Shown here: positions 29,556 through 40,378 of the stretch, in pieces
Layout of the letters: the number at the start of each line of letters is the position of its first letter
Position numbering within the stretch: position 1 is the first letter of the stretch
Assembly (NCBI GenBank): GCA_963841735.1
Contig: CAWJDT010000001.1
Location: forward strand, 1,056,001-1,120,000
Length of the DNA: 64,000 nt
Origin: an uncultured Actinomycetes bacterium
GTDB lineage: Bacteria > Actinomycetota > Thermoleophilia > RBG-16-64-13
Reading direction: 5' to 3'
Made by a program: the position numbers and the translations under genes
The notes under the pieces: model-generated
What the model saw: the letters and a program-made list of their open reading frames with translations, nothing else
Database searches by the model: none
Told to the model about the DNA's origin: nothing

Positions 29556-30500
29556 CTACTCGTCTCCGCGCGCGTTGGGCGCGGAGAGCCACGCCTTGAG
29601 CGCCGGTAGGCGCTCGAGCGTCTCGTCGTAGCCTTGGCGGTAGAGCGCGTCGAGTTTCGCCGGGTCTCGTTCCATGCGTTCGACGACTATCGGCCGGAGG
29701 GGTCGCAGGACGAAGGCTTCGCCGGTCAGTTCCCGCGACGCCAGCCGCTCGAGACAGGCGTCGTATTTCGCGCCGCGCTCGACTATCGCGCGGCGTATCG
29801 CGGGGTAGCGGGCCAGCGCAAGACGCAACCAGAGCCCCAGGCTTTGGGAGCCCATCCTGTAGCTCCCATTTCGTGTGAGCACGACGACATTGCGAGGGTT
29901 GCCGTCGCTGATGGAGCGTTCGATGGGGATGGGGTCGCTCACGCCTCCGTCGAGGTAGCGTCGCCCCTCGATTTTGACCGGCGGCGAAAGCACCGGTATG
30001 CTGCACGAGGCCCGATGTACGGTGTGCACAAACCAGCGCGCATCGTAGTCGCGCTGGCAGAAGTAGCGGGGCTGTCCGGTGGCGCAGTCGGTGGCGGCGA
30101 CCATGAGCGTCTGCTCGGCATTTCTGAGGGCGTCGTAGTCGAAGGGCGCCAACTCGTTGGGCAGCGTATCGAAGAGAAATCGCATGCCGAACCAACTGCG
30201 TTCGCGTAGGAGGTTGCCGTACCCCGCGTAGCGCCGGTCGGCGGCGAACTCCACGAAGACCTTGTAGTTGCGTTCGCGTTGGCGAACGACATAGTCTGCT
30301 CCGGCGTTCGCCCCAGCCGAGACACCGACGACGTAAGGGAAGGCGATGCCCTCGTCCAGAAACACGTCGAGCACCCCCGCGGTGTAGGCTGCCCGCATGC
30401 CGCCGCCCTCGAGCACGAGGCCGACGCCCGCCGTTGGGGCAGGCTCATGATTGGAAAGGGATTGACTGGGAGCGTTGTGGGCCGCGTGCATGTTCGTCAT
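29556..30500 (-). CDS. Patatin family phospholipase
   Basis: LEGGGMR, GVSAG and YLDGG. Confidence 0.92.
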   Translation of the reverse strand: MTNMHAAHNAPSQSLSNHEPAPTAGVGLVLEGGGMRAAYTAGVLDVFLDEGIAFPYVVGVSAGANAGADYVVRQRERNYKVFVEFAADRRYAGYGNLLRERSWFGMRFLFDTLPNELAPFDYDALRNAEQTLMVAATDCATGQPRYFCQRDYDARWFVHTVHRASCSIPVLSPPVKIEGRRYLDGGVSDPIPIERSISDGNPRNVVVLTRNGSYRMGSQSLGLWLRLALARYPAIRRAIVERGAKYDACLERLASRELTGEAFVLRPLRPIVVERMERDPAKLDALYRQGYDETLERLPALKAWLSAPNARGDE

Positions 30501-30636
30501 GATAGCAGTGTGCTCGTGCGGCCCCGGGCACACCTTGACGCGGCGGTGGCCGTGTAATGCCGAAAGGCTGTCGCCAGCGTTGATAGGGCGAGTCGAGGAG
30601 TGAACGAGACGGTTTTGACGTCCATAGAAGGGCAGG

Positions 30637-31197
30637 GTGATGAGGACGGCGACCAGCGCTTTGACAAGTGGACTCGGGCGACCAGCGGGGAGGCCGACCA
30701 CCTTTGGCCCGGCACAGTCGGCTCGGTTCGAGACGATCGTCCAGCGAAGCTCCGAGCGTCTTGTGCAGATGCTCGATCTCGTCTTCTTGGACCGAGAGCT
30801 TGCGGCCGACGCTGCCCAAGACGCGTTTGTGCAGCTCTATCTCCATTGGGACGAGGTAGGGGGTTCTGCCGAGCCGGAGGCCTGGGTGTACCGGGTAGCG
30901 GTCAATCGCTGCAAGGACCACCGGCGACGATTGGCGCGGGCGGGCCGACTGTTTAGCCGGCTGGCAGCCACGTCCCGTGCCGAGGAACATGGGGATGGGT
31001 GGGAGCCCGACGATGAGTTGGCCACCATTCTTCGCAGACTACCGGCGCGGCAACGCGTGGCAGTCGCTCTTTACTACCAGCTCGACATGTCTGTTGCTGA
31101 GGTCGCCCACACCATGGGCATCTCCGAAGGCGCCGTGAGCAGCCACCTCGACCGAGCGCGCCGAACTCTCAAGGAAGTGTTGGAGGTACAGCGATGA
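30637..31197 (+). CDS. ECF RNA polymerase sigma factor
   Basis: AADAAQDAF, AWVYRVAVN, LPARQR and EVAHTMGISEGAVSSHLDRAR. Confidence 0.92.
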   Translation: MMRTATSALTSGLGRPAGRPTTFGPAQSARFETIVQRSSERLVQMLDLVFLDRELAADAAQDAFVQLYLHWDEVGGSAEPEAWVYRVAVNRCKDHRRRLARAGRLFSRLAATSRAEEHGDGWEPDDELATILRRLPARQRVAVALYYQLDMSVAEVAHTMGISEGAVSSHLDRARRTLKEVLEVQR

Positions 31198-33242
31198 CTA
31201 CCCCCCAGATAGGCTACACGCAAGAATCTGACGCCGCCCTCAAGGAGCTTTGCGGGAAGCACGCGAGACCGCTTGACGTCGACCGTTTTGAAAGAGGACT
31301 GCAGGCTCGACTGGCCTCCGCGAAGAAGCGAGAGCGCCGTCGCCCCGTGGTGCGCAGGCTGAGCCTTGCAGCCGTCGGGCTGGTGCTGGCGGCCGGCGTC
31401 GGCGTAGGCGCCTGGCAGGCGGTGGAGCACCTGCGTCAGCCTAACGACACGCTGGTGCTGAGTGATGCCGTCGAGTCTATGGACAGCCAAGGCTCAGGTC
31501 TTGGCTGGCTGAGTCTGCAGGTGCCCCGCTCCGTCTCGGAGTTCAGGCTGGCTGATCTCTGGGAGGAAGTGGCCACCCGTCTGGGCGTGGATCCCTCCAC
31601 GGCCTCGCTCCGTTTCATCCAAATCGACTGGGACAAGGATGGCCTGCTCTCCATTCTGCAGGTTCAGGCGGGCACACCCGATGGGCGGGACATCACGATG
31701 TCCGCCTTTGCCGAGCCGGGTACCGACGCGCAGCAGATCGAGGTCCGCGGCTCGACAAGTCCAAGCCTTCTGGGGACAGCAAGCGAACGAGCGTTGCGTC
31801 CCGGCAGTCCGAGTTTTAAAGAGACCGTCTTTGTCGGCGTCGACGCCTTCCTCTCGGCACTGGACGGCCCCGGCCTGATGGAGATAGCCGCGCAGTCGGG
31901 GCTCGACATCTACAGCGACCCGGCCGAATCCTTTCAGACCAAGCCGACTGACGGCTACTCTCTCCCCGGGGCTGAATTGCCGGCGGGACAGACCATCAAT
32001 CGCGTTGTTATCTCCTTCCAGTGGATGTCCCAGGGCGGCGAACAGATTCTCGCGAGCGCAGAAGAATTGACCGCGCTTGAAGGACAGGGTGCGGCTCTGC
32101 CATTTGTCTTTCTGAGTATCGACGGAGAGGGCGTCACGAGCATGGACGCCGATCAACTCGCCTCGGTGCGCTTTCCGGCGCTGGCTTTCGGCCTGGCGAG
32201 AAGCTGGAGCGCGACTGACTCGACGGGACAGGGTTCATACAGTGGGCTTGGTGGCGCAGGATCAGTCTATGCCTTGCTTCCTTGGGTGGACGAGGGGGCA
32301 GACGACAAGACGATCGCGGCTCAGCCGATCGATGACCGACTCGACGGGCTCGCTTTCACCACACCTACGCGGGATGTGTGCCGCATCCAAGGAGGAGCGA
32401 TAGAGACCCTCTGGAAGTGCGACGAGGACCCGATCACGGCCATCATGCATCCATCGGCTTCGTACGGAGCGTCCTACTCGCTGGGAAGGACGCTGGTGCT
32501 GCGAGGCGGGGGCGTTGTGCAAACGACTACCGGTCCCCCCGACGCCGGGGGTTCCTCGGAGAGCACCTCGGGGGTGACGGACGTAGCGGCTACGGCCATT
32601 CCGGTAGGCGATCCAGGGGCATCGTGGGAGCTGCGCACATTCCCAAGGGACGGAGGCCAATGGCTGCCGGCGATGAACCGCGTCGTCTTCGACGAGAGCG
32701 GTGACCGGCTCTGGCTAGGCGGCATCTCCTATTCCGCGGACGCGACCAATGGCATCAGCGTCCAGCAGTTCCTGCAGACTGCCCAGCCTCACACCGCCGC
32801 CCTCGCGGCGCTCCCCCTTGGGCATCCCTTCGCCGGCGACTTCGCCGTCTCGCCCGACGGAAACACCATTGTCTACATCGGGTTCGCAGGCACCGATGCC
32901 GCGGTGACTCTCCGCACGGGCGACGTGGAGAAGGAGCTCTCCTTGGGCCTCGCCACCGCTTACCATCCTGTGTTCTCTCCGGATGGGAGCAAGATCTGTC
33001 TGGTGGGCTCCAAGAACGTGGATGGCGACACCGGCCTCTGGCTATGCGACTTGAACAGTGGAGACTGCAGGCAGATCAAGTCCACCGCTGGTTTGACGCC
33101 CACCTACCCGGCGTTCTCTCCCGACGGCCGGCGGCTCGCGTTCCGTGACTTTAAGCTGGGCGACATCTGGACGGTGACCGTCGAGGGCAAGGAACTTACC
33201 CGCTATGCGCTCACCACTGAGGAGGCCCCGATAGCCTGGTAG
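31194..33242 (+). CDS. Putative membrane anti-sigma factor with C-terminal TolB/PD40-like beta-propeller
   Basis: ATGA coupling to the sigma gene; single TM; repeated SPDG motifs. Confidence 0.7.
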   Translation: MTTPQIGYTQESDAALKELCGKHARPLDVDRFERGLQARLASAKKRERRRPVVRRLSLAAVGLVLAAGVGVGAWQAVEHLRQPNDTLVLSDAVESMDSQGSGLGWLSLQVPRSVSEFRLADLWEEVATRLGVDPSTASLRFIQIDWDKDGLLSILQVQAGTPDGRDITMSAFAEPGTDAQQIEVRGSTSPSLLGTASERALRPGSPSFKETVFVGVDAFLSALDGPGLMEIAAQSGLDIYSDPAESFQTKPTDGYSLPGAELPAGQTINRVVISFQWMSQGGEQILASAEELTALEGQGAALPFVFLSIDGEGVTSMDADQLASVRFPALAFGLARSWSATDSTGQGSYSGLGGAGSVYALLPWVDEGADDKTIAAQPIDDRLDGLAFTTPTRDVCRIQGGAIETLWKCDEDPITAIMHPSASYGASYSLGRTLVLRGGGVVQTTTGPPDAGGSSESTSGVTDVAATAIPVGDPGASWELRTFPRDGGQWLPAMNRVVFDESGDRLWLGGISYSADATNGISVQQFLQTAQPHTAALAALPLGHPFAGDFAVSPDGNTIVYIGFAGTDAAVTLRTGDVEKELSLGLATAYHPVFSPDGSKICLVGSKNVDGDTGLWLCDLNSGDCRQIKSTAGLTPTYPAFSPDGRRLAFRDFKLGDIWTVTVEGKELTRYALTTEEAPIAW

Positions 33243-33327
33243 CGGGCGCACATGGTGACTAACGCTGAGGGGCGCCGACAATGGCGGTTATTGCGGGCGG
33301 CCCGGGGCGTACCTCATATCAGTAGAG

Positions 33328-35004
33328 CTACACTGCGACGATAATGGGGATGATCATCGGGCGACTGCGGGTGCGTTCCCAGAGCAGCTGCGAGAGGGAG
33401 TCGTGCATGGCCTTCTTGATGACGGCTTGGTCGGTAGCTCCCTCTTTGTAGGTCTTCGCGAGCGTCTGCGCGATGCGCGCCTGAGCGTCAACGATGAGGG
33501 CTTGTCCTTCCGAGCCCAGAGTCAGACCCCGCGTGATCAGCTCCGGACCCGATACCAGGCGGCCCGTTTGAGCGTCGATGGTCACGACCACGGTCGCGAT
33601 GCCGTCCTTGGCCAGGAGCTGCCGGTCGCGCAGAACAACCTGGCCCACATCTCCCACGCCGAGGCCGTCAACATAGACCACACCGTGCTCGACGCTCTCC
33701 GTTGTGCGTGCTCCTGACGCGTTCAGCTCGAGGCAGTCGCCGTTGCCAAGTACGAAGATGTTCTCTCTAGGGATGCCGACTTCCTGGGCAAGGGCTGCGT
33801 GGGCGACCAGATGGCGGGTCTCGCCGTGGATGGGCACAAAGAACCGGGGGCGAACGAGGTTCAGCATCAGTTTGAGCTCCTCGGCTGCCCCGTGGCCCGA
33901 GACGTGAACGTGGACGGTACCTCGATGCGCGACCGTCACACCGGCCTTCGCCAGCCGGTTGATCACGCGATTCACCGCCTTCTCGTTTCCCGGCACTGGG
34001 GTGGCCGCGATGACGACGGTGTCGCCCTGCTCCACCCTGACCGTCTTATGATCTCCGTTCGCCATACGCGCCAGCGCGGAGAGGGGCTCTCCCTGGCTGC
34101 CCGTGCACATGACGAGCACCTTCTCCGGTCGGAGCCTGGAGGCTTGCGAGGCGTCGATGATGTCCTTGTTGTCGATCACCAGGTAGCCCAGCTCGCGGGC
34201 GATGCCCACGTTGGTGATCATGGAGCGTCCCTCCACTGCCACCTTGCGTCCGGCGGCCACCGCCGCGTCGCAGATCTGCTGCACGCGGTGGATATGGCTG
34301 GAAAACGAAGCCGCGATCACGCGGTGCTCCGCATTCTGGATGATCTCGCGCAACACGGGGCCGACGGAGGCTTCGGAGCGTGTGACCCCAGCGGTCTCGG
34401 CGTTGGTCGAGTCCGACATCAGCAGGTCCACGCCTATCTTCGCGAACTTCGTGAGCGCGCCGTAGTCGACCAGGCGTCCGTCGATGGGGGTCTGGTCCAG
34501 TTTGAAGTCGCCGGTGTGGACGATATTGCCCGCCGGAGTGCGGACGAACACTCCGACCCCGTCGGGAATGGAGTGGTTCACCGCAAAGAAGTCGAAGGAG
34601 AAGGAGCCCACCGATACGTGGCCACCCCCCCGGATCTCCTGCAGCTTGACCTTATTGGACTTGAGCCGGTGCTCTTCGAGCTTGCCGCGGATGAGGCCAA
34701 GGGTGAGCTTCGTGCCCAACACGGGCACCCGGCGGTCGAGCGCCTTCAGAAGATAGGGCAAAGCCCCGGTGTGATCCTCGTGGCCGTGGGTGATGACGAT
34801 AGCGCGCAGCTTCTCCTGGCGCTTCACAATGTACGAGAAGTCGGGGAGGATCAGGTCCACCCCGGGGTGATCATCGTCGGGGAACATGATGCCGGCGTCG
34901 ATAACCACCATGTCGTCCCCATATTCGAGGACGGTCATGTTCTTGCCTATCCCGTCAAGCCCGCCGAGGGGGATGACGCGAAGGCGGTTACTATTCTGTG
35001 CCAT
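33328..35004 (-). CDS. rnj: Ribonuclease J
   Basis: IPLGGLDGIGKNM, THGHEDHTGA, TGSQGEP and HVSGHG. Confidence 0.96.
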   Translation of the reverse strand: MAQNSNRLRVIPLGGLDGIGKNMTVLEYGDDMVVIDAGIMFPDDDHPGVDLILPDFSYIVKRQEKLRAIVITHGHEDHTGALPYLLKALDRRVPVLGTKLTLGLIRGKLEEHRLKSNKVKLQEIRGGGHVSVGSFSFDFFAVNHSIPDGVGVFVRTPAGNIVHTGDFKLDQTPIDGRLVDYGALTKFAKIGVDLLMSDSTNAETAGVTRSEASVGPVLREIIQNAEHRVIAASFSSHIHRVQQICDAAVAAGRKVAVEGRSMITNVGIARELGYLVIDNKDIIDASQASRLRPEKVLVMCTGSQGEPLSALARMANGDHKTVRVEQGDTVVIAATPVPGNEKAVNRVINRLAKAGVTVAHRGTVHVHVSGHGAAEELKLMLNLVRPRFFVPIHGETRHLVAHAALAQEVGIPRENIFVLGNGDCLELNASGARTTESVEHGVVYVDGLGVGDVGQVVLRDRQLLAKDGIATVVVTIDAQTGRLVSGPELITRGLTLGSEGQALIVDAQARIAQTLAKTYKEGATDQAVIKKAMHDSLSQLLWERTRSRPMIIPIIVAV

Positions 35005-35205
35005 GCTGTGAGTAGGTCTCCTTTCGACCGTTACTACAGATCATTGGCGGGCCGAGGCCAGGGCAAAGACGGGAGTCGGTCTATTTGCAGGCGGGGCAAG
35101 CCGGAGCCGCCCCGTTATTCATTCGTGTTTCATTAGTACCCATTATCCCCCAGAACGGTAACGGCCGTCCGCCGACCCGGCGAGTCGTGTCGCTAGGCTC
35201 GAATT

Positions 35206-36420
35206 TCAAGGCGTGGCAACGCCTCCAACCGCATGTCTGCCGTGTAGTGCGTAGTACAGGGCTAGGGACGCTGCCGCGACGATGGCCATGGCCGCATACA
35301 TGCCCCGGTAGCCGGCAAAGGGAATGACGAGGCCGCACAGCAGGGGGCCGATGCCCATGCCTATATCTCCAAAGACGAAGAAGGTCGAAGTGGCCAGCCC
35401 CATCCGGTGCGGGGGAGTGATCTTAGCAGTGATCGTCCGGCCGCCAGACTGTATGGCCCCGAAGCCCAGACCCATGGCCGCGGCCGCCAGCAGGAGGACG
35501 TAGTCATGACGGGCTTGGCTCAAGAGGGCCAAGCTAACCGCAAAGATGAGGATCGCCGGGTACATGACCGAATTCTCGCCCTTTGCGTCGAATCGCCGCC
35601 CGACGAACGGCCTCGTGACGAAGATGACAGCGGCGTATACGATGAAGAACAATCCGGCCGCGCGTGCCAGCTGGATCTTCTCCGAGTACAGGGCAAGAAA
35701 CGAAGCGACGCTCGAGTAGCAGAGGTAGGTCACCATCACGGCCAGTGCGACGGGGACTACCCTTGGCTCGATGAAGTTCTTCAGCTTGAATCCCTGGCTT
35801 TCGCTCAGCTGCTCATCGGTCAGCTTGAGATTATTCACAGATAGAAGCGGGAGGATCGCCACACTGATCGCGGAGACGATCGAACAAGCGATGATGACGG
35901 AAGTAAAGCTGCCGTGCCGAAGCAGGAGCAGGCCGACGAACGGTCCGATAGCGGTCGCCAGGGTCTGGCCCAGCGTGAAGTAGCCGAAGCCCTCGCCATA
36001 CCGCTGCCTGGGCACAACCTCGGCGACAATCGTTCCCGTGGCCACAGTGGCGGCGCCGTGCCCGGCGCCATGAAGGAAACGGACGAGAAGCAGCAGTGCG
36101 GTGCTGCTCGCCGCGAAGTAGAGCGTTGTCATTGCCAGGCTCACTACGGTACCCACATAAAGGATCTTGGTCTGGCCTACTCGGTGAATCCACTTGCCGC
36201 ACAGAGGCCGGGTGACGAGTGCGCCGATGACGAAGATGCTGCTCGATAGACCGGCCACCGCCGTGGAGGCGCCGAATTGGTCGGTCGCGAATTTCGATAC
36301 GACGATCATCAGCAGGAGGAAGTTCAGGGAGCCCAGGAAGTTCACAACCGTGACGACAGTAAAGCTCCTGGTCCACAACTTCGGCCCGGCCACGGTGTTA
36401 GCGCCTCTCTTGCTGTTCAA
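35206..36420 (-). CDS. MFS transporter
   Basis: KLWTRSF N-terminus, LVRFLHG and RYGEGFGY; about 12 TM. Confidence 0.9.
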   Translation of the reverse strand: MNSKRGANTVAGPKLWTRSFTVVTVVNFLGSLNFLLLMIVVSKFATDQFGASTAVAGLSSSIFVIGALVTRPLCGKWIHRVGQTKILYVGTVVSLAMTTLYFAASSTALLLLVRFLHGAGHGAATVATGTIVAEVVPRQRYGEGFGYFTLGQTLATAIGPFVGLLLLRHGSFTSVIIACSIVSAISVAILPLLSVNNLKLTDEQLSESQGFKLKNFIEPRVVPVALAVMVTYLCYSSVASFLALYSEKIQLARAAGLFFIVYAAVIFVTRPFVGRRFDAKGENSVMYPAILIFAVSLALLSQARHDYVLLLAAAAMGLGFGAIQSGGRTITAKITPPHRMGLATSTFFVFGDIGMGIGPLLCGLVIPFAGYRGMYAAMAIVAAASLALYYALHGRHAVGGVATP

Positions 36421-36849
36421 CCTGTCGAATTCCTAACGCAGCTTTGCTCCCCGGCGATTCTACACCCAGCTGGCTGAGTGGCGGTCCAACACCGCCTTGC
36501 CCAGACGAAAAAGCAGTGCAAGCCCGCTTCGGTGGCTCCCCTGTTCGGTTGGGTCTTGCCGTCGCGTTTTGGGCGCGCGCTTACATGTGGCGGACCAGCT
36601 GTGGTATTTTCAACGGGTAGTAATTGACTCTCGCTCCCGAAGGCCGCTCGTCAAGTTGCACTCCTAGCCATATGTACTGAGGGTTATCGTTGTATGTTGA
36701 TCCCCGCGGACACCCAGCCAGAATGTTTGGCCATGCCTCTGCCACCATGCGGAGCGGCGGTCGTGCTACGGGCAAGTAATACGGATATCTCGCGGTCTGG
36801 CGAGCAACATTCTAAGCGCCGCGCAAAATGCGTCGCATAGGAGCGTGCG

Positions 36850-37416
36850 ATGCATAGCGTTGGAGATCTGGTTGTCTACGGAAGCGTTGGGGTCTGCAAA
36901 GTCGAGGCTATCGGGGTACCCGCTCTGTCGGGAGTAGACTCGACCAAGGATTACTACACGCTCGCCCCTCTGTACAAGGATGGGCGCATTTACGCGCCGG
37001 TAGACACTTGTACCTTCATGCGTCCGGTCATGTCTCGCGATGACGCGCTTTCGCTTGTCAGACGCATACCGACCATAGATGAATCTATCTATGAATCCAG
37101 CCAGATGGGCCAACTCAAAGAACACTATCAGGCCTTGTTACTTTCTCACGATTGCGCTGACTTGGTCCACATCATCAAGAGCGTATATGTGAAAGGGCGA
37201 GCCCTCGCCGAAAATCGCAAGAGCCTCGGAAATGTAGAGGCACAGTATTTAAAGCGGGCGGAGGAAATGCTCTACGATGAACTTGCCGTCGCCTTAAGCA
37301 TGCCAAGGGGCGACGTAAAAGGCTACATTGAAGGTGCAGTCGAGGGGATCTTGCCGCGGGAATCAACAGCGGTCGAAAGCGAACCTGCCTTCAACGAAGC
37401 AGAATTGGTCTGCTGA
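36850..37416 (+). CDS. CarD family transcriptional regulator
   Basis: GDLVVYGSVGVCKVEAI, IYAPVD and LYDELAVAL. Confidence 0.85.
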   Translation: MHSVGDLVVYGSVGVCKVEAIGVPALSGVDSTKDYYTLAPLYKDGRIYAPVDTCTFMRPVMSRDDALSLVRRIPTIDESIYESSQMGQLKEHYQALLLSHDCADLVHIIKSVYVKGRALAENRKSLGNVEAQYLKRAEEMLYDELAVALSMPRGDVKGYIEGAVEGILPRESTAVESEPAFNEAELVC

Positions 37417-37537
37417 ACGCGGGCTCCTCGGGCGTAAGGCGTGCGCGCCGCCGCCCTCAAAGATGAGGCCGACACCCGGTGATGGGGCGGGCTCATGCTG
37501 CAAGAGCGCGCTGAATGGGCATTCCGGCCCCTGAGCG

Positions 37538-40378
37538 CTACTCCGCCGCTTTGTATACCCAGGTCACTGAGCACGGGCCGCGGTTCCACAACCCGGCGGT
37601 GATCTGGATCTCGGCCTTGGCACTCGCGGGCTCCGGAACGATGAAGCTGGGTGTCAGCGTCGCGCTGGTCTCCGCCATGCTCGGGTTGACACCTACTTCC
37701 ATGTACACGTCGCCTTCAAGAGCGACTCCCTTGCTTGAGTACTGGAACCGCTCAAATGGGTTCCGGCCGGCGTCGTAGGTTCCGGAGCCCCTGCCCGATG
37801 CTCCCAATGTCACGGTGTCACCGGGAATGAGCACTTGCGGCAGCGGATCCCAGTCGAACGAGATGGTCACGTTCCAGGCCTCGTATTCTCGGTCCCTCCA
37901 ACGGTCGTTGACCGTGAACCCGTCCTTACTCACCTTGTAGATGACGAACATATCTTTGAAGCGCTCCTCGGGGAAGAAGGTGGGGTCCGACCCGCCGCCG
38001 CGGTACTCGAGCGGCAGTTTCTCTGGATTGACGATGGTTTCGTCCAAGATCCAGTGCGGCCCCTGGATCTCCTGGTCCCCCGATGGCGCGCCTCCGCTTG
38101 CCGGGGTCCCCGCGGGCGGCCAGCCCCCCGGGAGCTTAAGGGAGGCACAGCCTGCGCTGTCGAGACGGTTCACATATACGGTGACCGGGTCGTCACCCGG
38201 GACCACCGTCCACGACACTTCCCCAAAGGTGGACCGGTGCTGGGTGGTTTCGCCGAGGATCTGAGCATCACCTTTGAGCGAGATCATGAGGTCCACACCT
38301 TCGGGTTTCACCCTCGGCACCGATGCCGTGACCATATACCCTATTTCGGTCTGTTCGGCGCTCAGTGTCACGGTGGCCAACTCGATCAGATCCCCATAGA
38401 TGAGTTGGTCGTTGGCTGGTCGCATCCGATTGATGACCTCGAGCACGGCCCTGTCTACCCGCAGCACTCTGCCGCCCACGTTCGCCGGCACCTCGACTCG
38501 TGTGCCGCCGACGGTTACCTCGGTGGCGGCCGTACGCACCAGGATCTCCTTGATCTGCTCGGCATCGAGGCTGGGGTCGATGGACCTCATGATTGCCGCG
38601 GCCGCCACCACCTGCGGAGCGGTAAGGCTGGTGCCGTCTACGCAAATGGGTTTGCCGTCTGCATACCGGCCTACTGGTATGTCGATGCCGCAGGCCGAAA
38701 GGGTAACCTCGCCCTCGCCGATGGCGTAGTTTGAGCCGCTTCTCAATCGGCCGGTCCTCACCCCCTCTATCATCGCGTCCAAGGTCATGTCGGCCGGGAT
38801 ATCCCCATCCCTCCGCAGTGCGTCGTAGGTGTCTTCCCAGAATTGCGTGGATTTCATGTCTTCGGGGGTAGCCCGGTTCCCTGAGCGGTCGAGCATGCCC
38901 ACGGTGATGAGGTTGGGAGCCCTGATGCCTCCCGGCCCGTAGTTGGAGCCATCCAGCGCCCTGTTGTCATTGCCGGCCGACGCCACAAAGAGCACGTCTT
39001 TGTGCTCTATGTACATCCGTTCGAGGAAGTCCTTGTAGATCGAGCAGCGCCACGCATATCGCGGGTCCGGGTCCGTGGTGTCCGTTACAGCGTCGTACGG
39101 ACCGATCGAGAGATTGATAATCGTCGCTCCGTTCTCGATAAGCCTGATCATCTCCACGAAGGTGGCCACGAAGTAGCTTGCGGGTTGACCACTCGGGTCC
39201 TCGACCGTGACCAGGGCATCCAGCGGAAGGTCGTCGGACACCGTCCCGGGGGAAATCACCTCCAGATTGCGCAGGAATGACGTGTTCCACGCCCAGGGGC
39301 TGCCAAAGCTCATGGTCAGTCTGCTCCCCAATCCCGAGGCCACTCCCGTGACGCCCTGATCCCAGTCGGCGCCGATGACATGAGCCACCATGGTGGCGTG
39401 AGTGAGGCCACCCGGCAGGCTGTTGCTGGGCTGATCGGTTGTGTCCTTGGCCGCCAGGCCCCGTGACTTTACCCGGTACGCTGGGAACACGCCGTTTGCG
39501 TCGGGGAAGAAGAGCTCGGGAGCCAAGCCGTTGCCCGATTGCGTGTACACCTGGCTGTCTACTATGCCCACGCTGACGGGGTGCTGCAGTGTGTCGCTCG
39601 CCCCCCAGATCTGCCAGGCCTCCATCATGCCGATCATTTGGTAGGGTCTGAAGCCGTTGTCTATCTGGTATACGGGATCGCGCATGGGAGAGCACATGAC
39701 CCCCTGGATGGCGGCCTTCGTGCTATCGATACCGTTGGGGGCGGCCGACTTGACACCTGGTAGAGCTCGGATGGTCTCGATGGCTGTTTCGAGGTCCTGG
39801 ACGGTCGAGCCGGAGGTTTGGATCTGGTAGAGGCTCATGTACTCGATCTCGCCCACAACGGTGCCGTTGATCTGGGCGGCGACCTGCTCAGCTTGGGCGT
39901 GACTCTGCCCTTCCTCCATGACCACGAGCACGTTGTTGGCTGGGGCCAAGCCATAGAGGTTGCTATGGACTACGGTGGAGGGACCGGGATCGACCGCCTC
40001 GGCCTTGCCCAGATCGAGGGTGGTAGACGTGGTCTGCGCGTCGCTTGGGTCATCGCTGCCAGACGAACCGCCGGGGGCTTGAGTTGCCTCAGTACTCTGT
40101 GTAGTCGTGTAGGTGTGGTGATGGTCTTCTCGTACCCCGAAGTACACTCCAAGGCCAATACCCGTCAGCGCCACCAGTCCCAGTGCAGACCACTGGACCC
40201 AGTGGGCCGCTCGGCGTTTCTGGGGCGGCTGCGAGGACGAGGACATCGGTGCAGGCACGGCGCTGTCTGGGCTAGTCACACCACGCTGCGCGGGGACAGC
40301 AGCTCCACAGTGGCGACAGAACCCTTGTACGTCGTCTGCCAGCTCCGCCCCACAGCCTGTGCAGTACCTCACGTCCAT
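37538..40378 (-). CDS. Membrane-anchored S8 subtilisin-like protease with N-terminal zinc ribbon
   Basis: CTGCG...CRHCG, a TM segment, then catalytic motifs VGIVDS, HATMVA, SAGND and GTSLTAPQV. Confidence 0.85.
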   Translation of the reverse strand: MDVRYCTGCGAELADDVQGFCRHCGAAVPAQRGVTSPDSAVPAPMSSSSQPPQKRRAAHWVQWSALGLVALTGIGLGVYFGVREDHHHTYTTTQSTEATQAPGGSSGSDDPSDAQTTSTTLDLGKAEAVDPGPSTVVHSNLYGLAPANNVLVVMEEGQSHAQAEQVAAQINGTVVGEIEYMSLYQIQTSGSTVQDLETAIETIRALPGVKSAAPNGIDSTKAAIQGVMCSPMRDPVYQIDNGFRPYQMIGMMEAWQIWGASDTLQHPVSVGIVDSQVYTQSGNGLAPELFFPDANGVFPAYRVKSRGLAAKDTTDQPSNSLPGGLTHATMVAHVIGADWDQGVTGVASGLGSRLTMSFGSPWAWNTSFLRNLEVISPGTVSDDLPLDALVTVEDPSGQPASYFVATFVEMIRLIENGATIINLSIGPYDAVTDTTDPDPRYAWRCSIYKDFLERMYIEHKDVLFVASAGNDNRALDGSNYGPGGIRAPNLITVGMLDRSGNRATPEDMKSTQFWEDTYDALRRDGDIPADMTLDAMIEGVRTGRLRSGSNYAIGEGEVTLSACGIDIPVGRYADGKPICVDGTSLTAPQVVAAAAIMRSIDPSLDAEQIKEILVRTAATEVTVGGTRVEVPANVGGRVLRVDRAVLEVINRMRPANDQLIYGDLIELATVTLSAEQTEIGYMVTASVPRVKPEGVDLMISLKGDAQILGETTQHRSTFGEVSWTVVPGDDPVTVYVNRLDSAGCASLKLPGGWPPAGTPASGGAPSGDQEIQGPHWILDETIVNPEKLPLEYRGGGSDPTFFPEERFKDMFVIYKVSKDGFTVNDRWRDREYEAWNVTISFDWDPLPQVLIPGDTVTLGASGRGSGTYDAGRNPFERFQYSSKGVALEGDVYMEVGVNPSMAETSATLTPSFIVPEPASAKAEIQITAGLWNRGPCSVTWVYKAAE

